NCBI GenBank assembly: GCA_964606085.1 | Contig: CAZSFD010000011.1 | Coordinates: 17,763 to 81,762, forward strand | Direction: 5' to 3' | DNA: 64,000 nt | From: an uncultured Anaerolineaceae bacterium | Lineage (GTDB): Bacteria; Chloroflexota; Anaerolineae; Anaerolineales; UBA4823 | Shown here: piece by piece, positions 49,713 to 58,415 of the stretch | Position numbering within the stretch: position 1 is the stretch's first letter | How the letters are laid out: the number at the start of each line of letters is the position of its first letter | The notes under the pieces: generated by a model | What the model saw: the letters and a program-made list of their open reading frames with translations, nothing else | Database searches by the model: none | Told to the model about the DNA's origin: nothing | Translations under genes and position numbers: made by a program

Positions 49713-50369
49713 TCAGCCTTTGCGCAGGCTGAATTTCACCGTGGCGCCCTGCTCATGCTCTTGCAGGAGAATTAACTCGCCTCCGTGTAAGTAAAGGATT
49801 TGCCGGGCGATAAACCCGTGCATGGTCAGGTCACATTCGGGGGGGGGAACTGCTTTCGTGCCTTCGCTGCGAATGGTGAACAGCAACTCGCTGGCGTGGT
49901 CTTCAGCTACCACGTGGATGGTGGCGGCATCCTGGACAAATTCGTTGACATACGAAATCCACTTGCCCAGGCCCTGGCGCAGCATCAGTTCATCGGCCAT
50001 GACAGAAACATCGGGAACCTGGGGGATGATTTCGACCGTGTTTTCCTTGTGATATTGCCTTTTCCATTCGACGATGACTTGTTGGATGATCGGGGCGAGC
50101 GGGCGGGGCGTCAGCTTGGGGCTGCGCTCGCCGCGCCCCAGGCGGGCCATTTCGACCAGGCTGTTCATCATTGCCAGGGTGTACAGGATGTTTTGATGGG
50201 CGATGGTCAGATCGTCTTTGGCCTGATCGGTGATCGGGCCATCCATCCCTTTCATCACCAGCTTGAGAAACCCCAGGGCGCGGTTGAATGGCGACTTAAG
50301 GTCGTGCGCCTCTTGCGAAATGAACGCCGATAAATCTACTTGAGTGGGGATGTGCAATTCACCAGACAT
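49713..50369 (-). CDS. Histidine-kinase core-only protein with apparently degenerate ATP-binding boxes
   Basis: H-box EAHDLKSPFNRALGF. The C-terminal domain aligns to HATPase_c, but the DxGxG position reads RSEGT and the GxGLGL position reads TMHGF. No sensor or TM region. Confidence 0.6.
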   Translation of the reverse strand: MSGELHIPTQVDLSAFISQEAHDLKSPFNRALGFLKLVMKGMDGPITDQAKDDLTIAHQNILYTLAMMNSLVEMARLGRGERSPKLTPRPLAPIIQQVIVEWKRQYHKENTVEIIPQVPDVSVMADELMLRQGLGKWISYVNEFVQDAATIHVVAEDHASELLFTIRSEGTKAVPPPECDLTMHGFIARQILYLHGGELILLQEHEQGATVKFSLRKG

Positions 50370-50429
50370 AGGCGCATTATACCCCGTTGTGTTTTGCCCG
50401 GTGCTTTGCTGTCTTGTTAGCCCCGGCGT

Positions 50430-51092
50430 TCAGGCAGATTTTGCGGGGCTTGTCTCCAAAACCACCAACTGCCACAACCCGCCGATCACCACATCGGCAG
50501 CTTTCAGCACGGCGGGCTTGCCAATGCCCACCACGCCCATCCCCGCACGCAACGCTGCCTCGACGCCTGCTTCGGCATCCTCAAACACGACACAACTGGC
50601 CGGTGGAATGCCCAGCGCCTCTGCGCCGCGCAAGAACACCTCAGGGTCGGGCTTGGCCTTGCTGACTGAGTTGCCATCTATGACGGCATCGAACAACGGG
50701 GCGATGCCCAGCCGTTCGAGGATCAGCGGGGCGTTCTTGGAGGCGCTGCCCAGGGCAGTTTTGACACCGCGCCCGCGCACCAGCCGGAGATATTCTGCTG
50801 CGCCCGGCAGGATTTCGCTGGCATCCATCTGCGTGATGTACTCGACATACCAGCTATTTTTTTTGGCGGCCATCTGTGCTTTGGCCTCGTCGTTGAAAGA
50901 CAGGCCGCCGATTTCGAGCAAAATTTCTAGCGAACGCACCCGGCTGACGCCTTTCAAGCGCTCATTGTCGGTTTCGGTGAAGTCGAAGCCGAGTTCCTGG
51001 GCCAGGCGCTTCCAGGCCAGGTAGTGATATTTGGCGGTGTCTACGATGACACCATCGAGGTCAAAAATGGCTGCGCGCATTTCCTTAATCAT
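50430..51092 (-). CDS. pgmB: Beta-phosphoglucomutase (HAD family)
   Basis: AAIFDLDGVIVDT..YHYLAWKRLA...LKGVSR...ASKN...VVFEDAEAGVEAA. Start at ATG 51092. Confidence 0.85.
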   Translation of the reverse strand: MIKEMRAAIFDLDGVIVDTAKYHYLAWKRLAQELGFDFTETDNERLKGVSRVRSLEILLEIGGLSFNDEAKAQMAAKKNSWYVEYITQMDASEILPGAAEYLRLVRGRGVKTALGSASKNAPLILERLGIAPLFDAVIDGNSVSKAKPDPEVFLRGAEALGIPPASCVVFEDAEAGVEAALRAGMGVVGIGKPAVLKAADVVIGGLWQLVVLETSPAKSA

Positions 51093-51184
51093 GGGGATTT
51101 TCCTCTGTAGGGCAAACTTCAGTTTGACCATATTCCATGTTCGACTGTCTGTCTGACAGCCCCGTTTACGGGGCGCTGCTCCTA

Positions 51185-51207
51185 GCCCGGCGATGGATCG
51201 CCGGGCG
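51185..51207. repeat. REP-like palindrome GCCCGGCGAT-GG-ATCGCCGGGCG (second copy)
   Basis: Same arms as 6287-6310. It is preceded by two smaller hairpins (CTGTC..GACAG, CCCCG TTTA CGGGG) in 51145-51175. Confidence 0.7.
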
Positions 51208-51221
51208 GAATGTGGGTGATA

Positions 51222-52037
51222 TCAATGCCGGAGGCCATGGATCATCTGCCACAACCGCGGCACCTGTTCGGCAATCACCCCCGCATCGCAATGCTCGCCG
51301 AAGAATTTACCCACCCCGCCATATTCGAACGCCAGCAGCCATGGCCGCGCCCATTCGCCGGTTTGGATGCGTTCCAGCACCCACGCCAGTGCGTCCCAAT
51401 CGGCGGGTTGGGCAGAGAGATGATCTTGTGGCCGTTGGCCGATTTCGTGTATGCCGGTGAAGTGCATTTCGCGCAGCCGCTCGGTGGGCAATTGGCGCAG
51501 GTAGGTTTTTTCGTCCATGCCCAGGTAGCGGGCGGCAATACGGGCGTGCGAGATGTCGAGCAGCAATCCGCAGCCCGTTTCCTCGCATACCTGGCGGATC
51601 GTAGCGGGCAAAATGGCCGGGCGCAGGTAATTGCTCTGCCGTCCGTAATACATCACGTTTTCGGCAATCACATTTTCTGGCCCGAAGCGCTCGACCACCG
51701 CGCACACGTCGTTCAGCAGGGCATCCACCACCCGGCAGGCATCGGCGGGTTCCTGGGTATCGGCGGCCATGCCGGGAAAGTGATCGGTGAGGGCGGCCAG
51801 GTGCAGGTTGACATAGGGTGTGCCGGTGAGGGCCTGAAATTCGTCAATGACGGCCCATTCCGTTTCGTGCAGGCGGCCTGTGCCAGCCGTCAATTCGAAG
51901 TGGATGGCTACCGGGCAGAGTGCTTGGGCGGTGGCAATCATATCGGGCCAGGGCGGGCATTTGAAAAAGTCAATTTGGATTTTGCCAGCCTGGAAGAGCG
52001 CGGCGGCAGCAGGGGAGTAGTTGATGGCAAGTTTCAT
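51222..52037 (-). CDS. TIM-barrel protein, DUF692/UPF0276-like (uncertain)
   Basis: The pattern LLLDISHARIAA...LREMHFTG...QDHL...PWLLAFEY resembles DUF692 family proteins. No experimental analog is assigned. Confidence 0.5.
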   Translation of the reverse strand: MKLAINYSPAAAALFQAGKIQIDFFKCPPWPDMIATAQALCPVAIHFELTAGTGRLHETEWAVIDEFQALTGTPYVNLHLAALTDHFPGMAADTQEPADACRVVDALLNDVCAVVERFGPENVIAENVMYYGRQSNYLRPAILPATIRQVCEETGCGLLLDISHARIAARYLGMDEKTYLRQLPTERLREMHFTGIHEIGQRPQDHLSAQPADWDALAWVLERIQTGEWARPWLLAFEYGGVGKFFGEHCDAGVIAEQVPRLWQMIHGLRH

Positions 52038-52041
52038 AGTT

Positions 52042-52076
52042 GGGCAGGGGGCAGGTAGCAGGGGGCAAGGGGCAGG
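52042..52076 (-). repeat. Five tandem heptamers (CCTGCCC family, mRNA sense) ending 4 nt before the start codon at 52037
   Basis: The minus strand reads TGA TTT CCTGCCC CTTGCCC CCTGCTA CCTGCCC CCTGCCC AACT ATG. This is the same word family and orientation as 29724-29793. Confidence 0.85.
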
Positions 52077-52079
52077 AAA

Positions 52080-53219
52080 TCAGGGGCAGGCGTTGGCCTG
52101 GTGTTCGGCAAAGGTGGCGGCGAAGTTGTGGCGGCCAGCGCCGTCGCAGGCGGCGCGGAAGTAGTAGTAGGGGCTGTCGTCTGGGTTGGCGGCGGCTTGC
52201 AGGGCGGCCTGGCCGGGGTTGCAGATGGGACCGGGCGGCAGGCCGGGGTTGCGGTAGGTGTTGTAGGGCGAGGCCACTTCCAGGTCGGCCAGGGAGAGTG
52301 GGTTGGTCCACCAGGTTTGTTGGGCGGTGTTGTAGCCCAGGGCATATTGCACGGTTGGGTCGGCGGCGAGATTCATCCCCGCGGCCAGGCGGTTGTGAAA
52401 GACCGAGGCGATCAGGGGCATTTCCTCATCCAAAATGGCCTCGCGTTCGATGATCGAAGCCAAGATCACCCCTTCGTGCAGGCTCAGGCCCTGGTGCAAA
52501 AAGCCCTGGCGCACGGCATCGTTGGCGTCGAAGGCGGAGAGCAGCGCCTGAAGCAGGTCATCGGCCTGGCTGGCGCGCGGCAGTTCATAGCTGCCGGGGG
52601 ACAGGTAGCCTTCGGCCGTGCTGGCTGGCGTCAGGCCGTCGCTGAAGGCGTGGCCGCCTGGGAAACGCCGCGCTGCCTGCAAAAATTCATCAGGCGCAAT
52701 CGCCAGGCCCGAAGTGGGCAGCGCCGCGGCGATCTCCTCCATCCGCCAGCCGGCCAACACGTTGAACAGCACATTCGTCGGCGTGGCATCTTGCATGGTG
52801 TGGGCCATTTCCACCGCCGTCATGCCAGATGAAAGCGGATATTCACCCGCCTGCAAGGAAACATCCAGGCCGCGGTAGACCAGGTAGGCCCGTAGAGCGG
52901 CTGCCTCGGCGATCAGGCCTTGCTGCTGCAAGCGGGCGGTCACGCTGGTTACGCTTTCGCCCAGTTCGACGCGGAAAATTTGCTCACTGCCCGGCGGGTT
53001 GAAGGGTGTGATCAGGTGTTGGCGTTGCTGCCAGATTTGCCAGAAAAGGGTCGCCTGCTGGAGCGGGCTTAACTGCGGCGAAGGCTGGCCGAACGTTTCG
53101 ATCACCTGGGCCGGGATGGCGATGGCGATCACCGCGCCGATCACGATCAGCAAGGCCAGCGCAGTCAAGCCGAACAGCGCACAGCCGAAGGAGGGGGTTG
53201 AGGAGCGTTGGGGAGACAT
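52080..53219 (-). CDS. mltG: Endolytic murein transglycosylase MltG (YceG-like)
   Basis: N-terminal TM and the YceG signature SPYNTYRNPGLPPGPICNPG. Confidence 0.85.
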   Translation of the reverse strand: MSPQRSSTPSFGCALFGLTALALLIVIGAVIAIAIPAQVIETFGQPSPQLSPLQQATLFWQIWQQRQHLITPFNPPGSEQIFRVELGESVTSVTARLQQQGLIAEAAALRAYLVYRGLDVSLQAGEYPLSSGMTAVEMAHTMQDATPTNVLFNVLAGWRMEEIAAALPTSGLAIAPDEFLQAARRFPGGHAFSDGLTPASTAEGYLSPGSYELPRASQADDLLQALLSAFDANDAVRQGFLHQGLSLHEGVILASIIEREAILDEEMPLIASVFHNRLAAGMNLAADPTVQYALGYNTAQQTWWTNPLSLADLEVASPYNTYRNPGLPPGPICNPGQAALQAAANPDDSPYYYFRAACDGAGRHNFAATFAEHQANACP

Positions 53220-53487
53220 GCTGGTTGGGGCCGATGCCTGGGAACGGAACGGGGCGATTGTATCACCCCCGGTGGGTAAAATTCGTCCATCTTGCCCTGG
53301 TATAATTTTTCTATGAAATCTATCGGGAGTGTTTCATTTGAGTTGAAAAAGCCGGTTTCGACAAGGATTTCGGCAGGCTCAACCCAAGTCAATGGAATGC
53401 ACCCGCTTCAAACAATGATTGACCCGCAAAAGATCGTGGCTGGTTTGGCCCTGGCCTCGTTGTTCCGTGGGCTGCGGAGAAAAAACA

Positions 53488-54300
53488 ATGAGCGACCCGA
53501 TTGCCGATTCGTACAACGCCAACCCTTCCCGCGAGTGGAATCGTCTGACGCAAGATGCTTACCACGCGCTCGAATCTACCATTACCTGGTATCACCTGCG
53601 CCAACACCTGCCTCCCACCGGCCACATCCTCGATGCCGGCGGCGGCCCAGGAAGGTACAGCCTCGACCTCTGCCGCGTCGGTTACGATGTGACGCTGCTG
53701 GATTTATCGGAAGGCAATATCGCCCTCGCCCGCCAGAATTTTGCTGCCGAACCGCCGGAAGTGCAATCCCACCTGAGCGCAGCCCTTCTTGGCGATGTTA
53801 CCGACCTTTCGCGTTTTGCCGATGGCGGCTTTGATGCCGTGTTTTGCCTGGGAGCGGTGCTGTCGCATATCCAACCGGCGGCGGCGCGACAGCAGGCGGT
53901 GCGTGAACTGGCGCGGGTGGTCAGACCGGGCGGGGTGGTCGCATTATCGGTCGTCGGCTATTTCGCTGTGTTGCGTGTGATCTTGCTGGAATTCAGCCAC
54001 GAGATACTCTGGCCCACCTGGCACGAGTTCTTACAAACCCATGACTCCGAAGGCCCCACTGGCACGCCCTGGCACTGGTTTACCGGCGCCGATTTGCGCG
54101 GTCTGGCAGAAAGCTGTGGGCTGCAAACGGTCACATTGGCGGGCTGTCATGGGCTTTCTTCCAATTTGATTGAAGCCACCAACCGCCTGGCCGAAGAACC
54201 TGAAAAATGGCAGCGCTGGTTTGATCTGTTGCTGCAAACCTCCACCGAACCGTCCATTGTGGATACATCCATGCACTTGTTGTACATCGGACGAAAATAA
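53488..54300 (+). CDS. Class I SAM-dependent methyltransferase
   Basis: Motif I ILDAGGGPGRYSLDL and DAVFCLGAVLSH. Start at ATG 53488. Confidence 0.8.
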   Translation: MSDPIADSYNANPSREWNRLTQDAYHALESTITWYHLRQHLPPTGHILDAGGGPGRYSLDLCRVGYDVTLLDLSEGNIALARQNFAAEPPEVQSHLSAALLGDVTDLSRFADGGFDAVFCLGAVLSHIQPAAARQQAVRELARVVRPGGVVALSVVGYFAVLRVILLEFSHEILWPTWHEFLQTHDSEGPTGTPWHWFTGADLRGLAESCGLQTVTLAGCHGLSSNLIEATNRLAEEPEKWQRWFDLLLQTSTEPSIVDTSMHLLYIGRK

Positions 54301-54303
54301 GGA

Positions 54304-55140
54304 ATGAAACATCAGGAAACCGACCGCTCAATCTCCCAATTCTCCAATCCCATGCCTACCATCCAATCCATCATTCACACTATCCTCACCGCCATCCCTG
54401 GTTCGATCACCACCGATACCGTGGATACGGTGAAAACCGGTGACGCTTCGCACGAAGCCACCGGCATCGTCACCACCTTCCTGGCCAGCCAGTCGGTGCT
54501 GCAAAAGGCCGTCGCCCTGGGCGCCAACTTCATCATCACCCACGAGCCGACCTTTTATAACCACCTCGACCGCACCGACTGGCTGGAAAATGACCCCGTC
54601 TACCAGGCCAAGCGCCAATATATTGACGATCACGGCCTGGTGGTCTGGCGTTTTCACGACAACTGGCATACCCACCGGCCCGATGGTATCCTGCTGGGCG
54701 TGATGCGCCAACTGGCCTGGGAAGCCTATGCCGACCCCGACAACCCGCTGCTCTTCCATCTCCCGCCCACCACGCTCGGCAGCCTGGCACAAACCCTCAA
54801 GGCCGGCCTGGGTATCGCCACCTTACGGATGGTGGGTGATCCATCTATGCCTTGCCAAAGTGTGGGCTTTCTGATGGGCGCCTGGGGCGGTGAGAACCAC
54901 ATTCGCTATGCCGGTGAATGCAACCCCGATGTGCTGGTGGTCGGCGAGACGCCCGAATGGGAGACATCCGAATATATCCGCGACGCGGTGATCCAGGGCC
55001 GCGCCAGGGGGCTGATTGTCACCGGCCACGCCGCCAGCGAAGAGCCAGGCATGGCCTATCTCGTCGAGTGGCTGCGCCCCAAGTTTCCCGGCCTGCCCAT
55101 CCAGCATGTGCCGGTAGGCGATGCCTTTGCCTTTGTTTGA
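54304..55140 (+). CDS. NIF3-like dinuclear-metal-centre protein
   Basis: GANFIITHEPTFY and the C-terminal GHAASEEPG pattern. The start could instead be ATG 54352. Confidence 0.8.
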   Translation: MKHQETDRSISQFSNPMPTIQSIIHTILTAIPGSITTDTVDTVKTGDASHEATGIVTTFLASQSVLQKAVALGANFIITHEPTFYNHLDRTDWLENDPVYQAKRQYIDDHGLVVWRFHDNWHTHRPDGILLGVMRQLAWEAYADPDNPLLFHLPPTTLGSLAQTLKAGLGIATLRMVGDPSMPCQSVGFLMGAWGGENHIRYAGECNPDVLVVGETPEWETSEYIRDAVIQGRARGLIVTGHAASEEPGMAYLVEWLRPKFPGLPIQHVPVGDAFAFV

Positions 55141-55150
55141 TGGAGAAGCG

Positions 55151-55630
55151 ATGCCTCCCAGCCTGTTCAACCGCTTGTTTACCTATCTGTTTGTCGAACG
55201 CCCGGCACGCCAGCAATCGTTGGCCCAACTGGTTGCCCAATTGCAACAATCTACCCACGAACTGGCCTTGCGCCTGACGACCGTGCCAAACACCGCCGAA
55301 AATTACCATCAGATGGCGCACATCCTGACCCTGGAGCGCTGGGGGCAGAGCCGTTTACGCGTGGCGTTGGGCCAGCCCTTCGTGGCCGACGAATCGGATG
55401 CGTATGCGCCTTCTGCCGAACGCGTTTTTGTCGAACTGATCAACGATTTTCTCGCCGCCCGTGAGCAGACATTGGAGATTGCCCAGGCCATTCAGCAGGC
55501 TAACCCGCCCGCAGACCTGAAAATCCTGCACGATCAGTTTGGCCCGTTGAGCGTCAAAGGCTGGTTGCGCTATCTCACCGAACACGCCGACCTGGAGAGC
55601 GAACGCCTGCACACCAGCGTTTCTCGGTAA
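55151..55630 (+). CDS. Hypothetical protein, possibly a DinB-like helical bundle
   Basis: Helical, with scattered conserved-looking His (YHQMAHIL, LTEHADLE). The assignment is weak. Confidence 0.35.
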   Translation: MPPSLFNRLFTYLFVERPARQQSLAQLVAQLQQSTHELALRLTTVPNTAENYHQMAHILTLERWGQSRLRVALGQPFVADESDAYAPSAERVFVELINDFLAAREQTLEIAQAIQQANPPADLKILHDQFGPLSVKGWLRYLTEHADLESERLHTSVSR

Positions 55631-55649
55631 TGTATAATCAGTGCCTAAC

Positions 55650-55686
55650 CCAGGAACTCCTTGCACAAAAAGCAAGGAGTTCCTGG
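55650..55686 (+). terminator. 15-bp perfect hairpin after the DinB-like gene
   Basis: CCAGGAACTCCTTGC ACAAAAA GCAAGGAGTTCCTGG. The T-tract is weak. Confidence 0.5.
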
Positions 55687-55756
55687 ATTAGCGCCCTGGT
55701 CGTTCCGTTTTACACGGGTTAGGGCCTTGAATCTTGCTGATTGATGAAGGATTGCC

Positions 55757-57424
55757 ATGTTTCCCCCCAGACGCCCCAAACCATCCAGACCGAAGAAAGA
55801 AAAACGCCGACCGGGCGTGGTCTTGCAGCCGCAGGTTTATCAGGCCATGCAGCGCGGCGTGACCACACTGGTCAATGCCATCCGGCCCACCCTGGGGCCG
55901 CTGCCGCGCACAGTGGTCAGCCAAAAGACCACCAGCGCCAACGCTTTGCCCGAAATCCTCGATGACGGTGGCACCATCGCCCGGCGCATGATCCAACTGC
56001 CCGACCGCGAAGCCGACATGGGCGCCATGTATTTGCGCCACTCGCTATGGCGCTTGCACGAAAGCGTGGGCGATGGCACCGCTACTGCGGCGGTGATTTT
56101 CGATGTCCTCTTCACCCAGGGCGTCAGGTACATGATCGCTGGCGGCAATGCCATGCGCATCCGGCGTTACCTCGAAGAGGGCTGTAAACTGATCGGGCAG
56201 GAATTGGCTGCCCAAACCCTGCAATTGCAAGGCAAAGAACGCCTGGCAGCCCTGGCCGAAAGCATCTGCTACGACCCTCCGTTGGCGCGGCTGCTGGGCG
56301 AAATCTTCGACATCATTGGCCCCTATGGGCAGTTGGATGTACGCCAGGGGCGCAGCCGCGAGTTGGAGCGTGAATACATCGAAGGCATGTATTGGGATGG
56401 CGCAATTTACTTGCGCACGATGATCGAAGACCTCAAATTGGGCCGCGCCACCCTCGAAAACCCGTCCATCTTCATCAGCGATCTGGAAGTGAAAGAGCCG
56501 CAAGACCTGCTGCCCGTGCTGGAAGCGGCGATACGCGGCGGGGTCAAGTCGCTGCTGCTGATTGTCAGCGCCCTGCCCGATAAAGTGATCGCCCTGCTGA
56601 CTACGCCGCAAAACCGCCAGAAAATCCAGGTGGTGGCGGTCAAATCGCCAGCCATCCATGCCGACGTGCGCCGCCACGCCCTCGACGACATCGCCATCCT
56701 CACTGGCGGGCGCGTCTTCCACAAAGCGGCCGGCGATACCTTCGCGGCGGTCAAGGTGGATGATTTCGGCAAGGCCCGCCGCGCCTGGGCCGATACGTTT
56801 CATTTCGGCCTTTCGGGCGGGCGCGGCGACCCACGTCAATTTCGCCAGCACATCGCCGAACTGCGCGCCCAATTTCAACGCATGACCGAAAAAGACGAGC
56901 GCCAGCGCGCCCTGAAGCGCATCGGCGGGTTGATGGGCGGATCGGCGGTGCTGTGGGTGGGGGCCAATACCCCGCTCGAAGTGGATCAGCGCAAGGCCCT
57001 GGCCCAACGCACGGCCGATGCCATGCGCGGCGCCCTGCGCGATGGCGTGCTGCCCGGCGGCGGCGTGGCGCTGCTGGCCTGCAAACCCGCCCTCCACGCC
57101 CGCTATCAGCAGGCCGCCAACGACGATGAACGCGCCGCCTACGCCATGCTGTTGCAAGCGGTCGAAATCCCGGCGCGCACCCTGTGGGCCAACGCCGGCC
57201 TGGATGCCAGCGCAACCCTGGCCCAGGTGATCCAGGCCGGTGCGCCGCATAGCTACGATGTCATCCGACGGCAAATGGTCAATGCTGCCGAACAAGGCCC
57301 CTTCGACTCAGCCGCCGTCTTACAACAGGCACTCTTGACCGCCGTACATGGCGCCGCCCTGGCGCTGACCGTGGATGTTTTCATTCACCGCACCAATCCC
57401 CCCGAATCGATGGAGACCGGTTAA
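55757..57424 (+). CDS. Divergent GroEL/Cpn60-family paralog with basic N-terminal extension
   Basis: Aligns by eye to GroEL landmarks: TLGPLPRTVV (TLGPKGRNVV), GDGTATAAV (GDGTTTATV), VGANTPLEVDQRK and PGGGVALL. There is no GGM tail and no adjacent groES. Confidence 0.8.
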   Translation: MFPPRRPKPSRPKKEKRRPGVVLQPQVYQAMQRGVTTLVNAIRPTLGPLPRTVVSQKTTSANALPEILDDGGTIARRMIQLPDREADMGAMYLRHSLWRLHESVGDGTATAAVIFDVLFTQGVRYMIAGGNAMRIRRYLEEGCKLIGQELAAQTLQLQGKERLAALAESICYDPPLARLLGEIFDIIGPYGQLDVRQGRSRELEREYIEGMYWDGAIYLRTMIEDLKLGRATLENPSIFISDLEVKEPQDLLPVLEAAIRGGVKSLLLIVSALPDKVIALLTTPQNRQKIQVVAVKSPAIHADVRRHALDDIAILTGGRVFHKAAGDTFAAVKVDDFGKARRAWADTFHFGLSGGRGDPRQFRQHIAELRAQFQRMTEKDERQRALKRIGGLMGGSAVLWVGANTPLEVDQRKALAQRTADAMRGALRDGVLPGGGVALLACKPALHARYQQAANDDERAAYAMLLQAVEIPARTLWANAGLDASATLAQVIQAGAPHSYDVIRRQMVNAAEQGPFDSAAVLQQALLTAVHGAALALTVDVFIHRTNPPESMETG

Positions 57425-57425
57425 T

Positions 57426-58361
57426 ATGGACGAATCAGACGCTTTGGAGCAATTGCAAGATACCGTTTACCAACTGACCGGGGGCGGTGGCGTGTTGTTT
57501 GCCGCCCGCCAAACGGGCCTGTTCTGCTCGTTGGATGGCGGCCAAAGCTGGCAAGATGCCTTTGCCAGCCTCAACCTTACGGAACCATTGCCCACCGTGG
57601 CTGTGGCGCTGCCGCCCAATTTTGCCACTGGCGGGCCTGTTTTCGCCGGGCTGGCGGGTGGCATCCTGCGTTCGACCGATGGCGGCGCAACCTGGGAAAC
57701 CCTGCCCCTGCCGCCGCCCCCGCCGATGATTGCCGCCCTGGCCTTCTCTCCCCACTACGAACAAGATGGCGTGATCTTCGCCGCCACCTTTGAAGATGGT
57801 GTGCTGTTTTCCTCCGACCGCGGCGGGCATTGGGTGGCGTGGAATTTTGGCCTGCTCGACCTGAACGCCCTGTGCCTGGCGGTCTCGCCCAACTTTGCCG
57901 CTGATGAAACCGTGTTCGTTGGCACGCAAAGTGGCATTTTCCGCAGCACCAATGGTGGGCGTGCCTGGCGCGAAGTGGAACTGCCCATTGGCTACGAGGC
58001 GGTGCTGAGCCTGGCCTGCTCGCCCAATTTCGCCACCGATCGCACGATTTGGGCTGGTACCGAGGCCCAGGGCCTGCTCGCCTCCTACGACGGCGGCGAT
58101 ACCTGGCAACGCCTCGCCGCCGATCAACTCCTCGACCCAATCAACCAGATCGTGATCGATCCGGGTTCTTCGCAAAATATCCTGCTCTTGCACAGCGGCA
58201 GCGTGCTTTTCTCATCTGATGGCGGCGCGAACTGGTCGCCGTGGCAGGCTGAAGCCCTGGCTGACCAGGATGTGAGCGCTATTATTGCCCCGCAAGGCGT
58301 CAGGCCGGGAGCGGTGGTTTGGCTGGGGACGGCCAATGGCATGGTTTACTGCACAGGCTGA
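57426..58361 (+). CDS. Six-bladed beta-propeller protein with BNR/Asp-box-like repeats (Ycf48-like)
   Basis: Six repeats: DGGQSWQ, DGGATWE, DRGGHWV, NGGRAWR, DGGDTWQ and DGGANWS. The ATG lies 1 nt after the GroEL-like stop. Confidence 0.75.
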   Translation: MDESDALEQLQDTVYQLTGGGGVLFAARQTGLFCSLDGGQSWQDAFASLNLTEPLPTVAVALPPNFATGGPVFAGLAGGILRSTDGGATWETLPLPPPPPMIAALAFSPHYEQDGVIFAATFEDGVLFSSDRGGHWVAWNFGLLDLNALCLAVSPNFAADETVFVGTQSGIFRSTNGGRAWREVELPIGYEAVLSLACSPNFATDRTIWAGTEAQGLLASYDGGDTWQRLAADQLLDPINQIVIDPGSSQNILLLHSGSVLFSSDGGANWSPWQAEALADQDVSAIIAPQGVRPGAVVWLGTANGMVYCTG

Positions 58362-58415
58362 GAGCTTGAATTGGTCGTCAAGTTCGATGTACAGATTTTT
58401 TAAGGAGCAGCCTGG

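Noticed and set aside
53165-53834. Small ORFs in the mltG/methyltransferase divergent region (53165-53392 minus, 53292-53834 plus), and a TGGTATAAT extended -10 at 53298-53306.
   Set aside because: Both ORFs run into and overlap the flanking genes out of frame and have no RBS or motif. The -10-like element is plausible but would give a ~180-nt leader with nothing recognisable, so it is too weak to report as a feature.
56045-57295. 416-aa minus-strand ORF.
   Set aside because: It is antisense to the GroEL-like gene, whose frame carries conserved chaperonin motifs. The shadow-ORF composition also argues against it.
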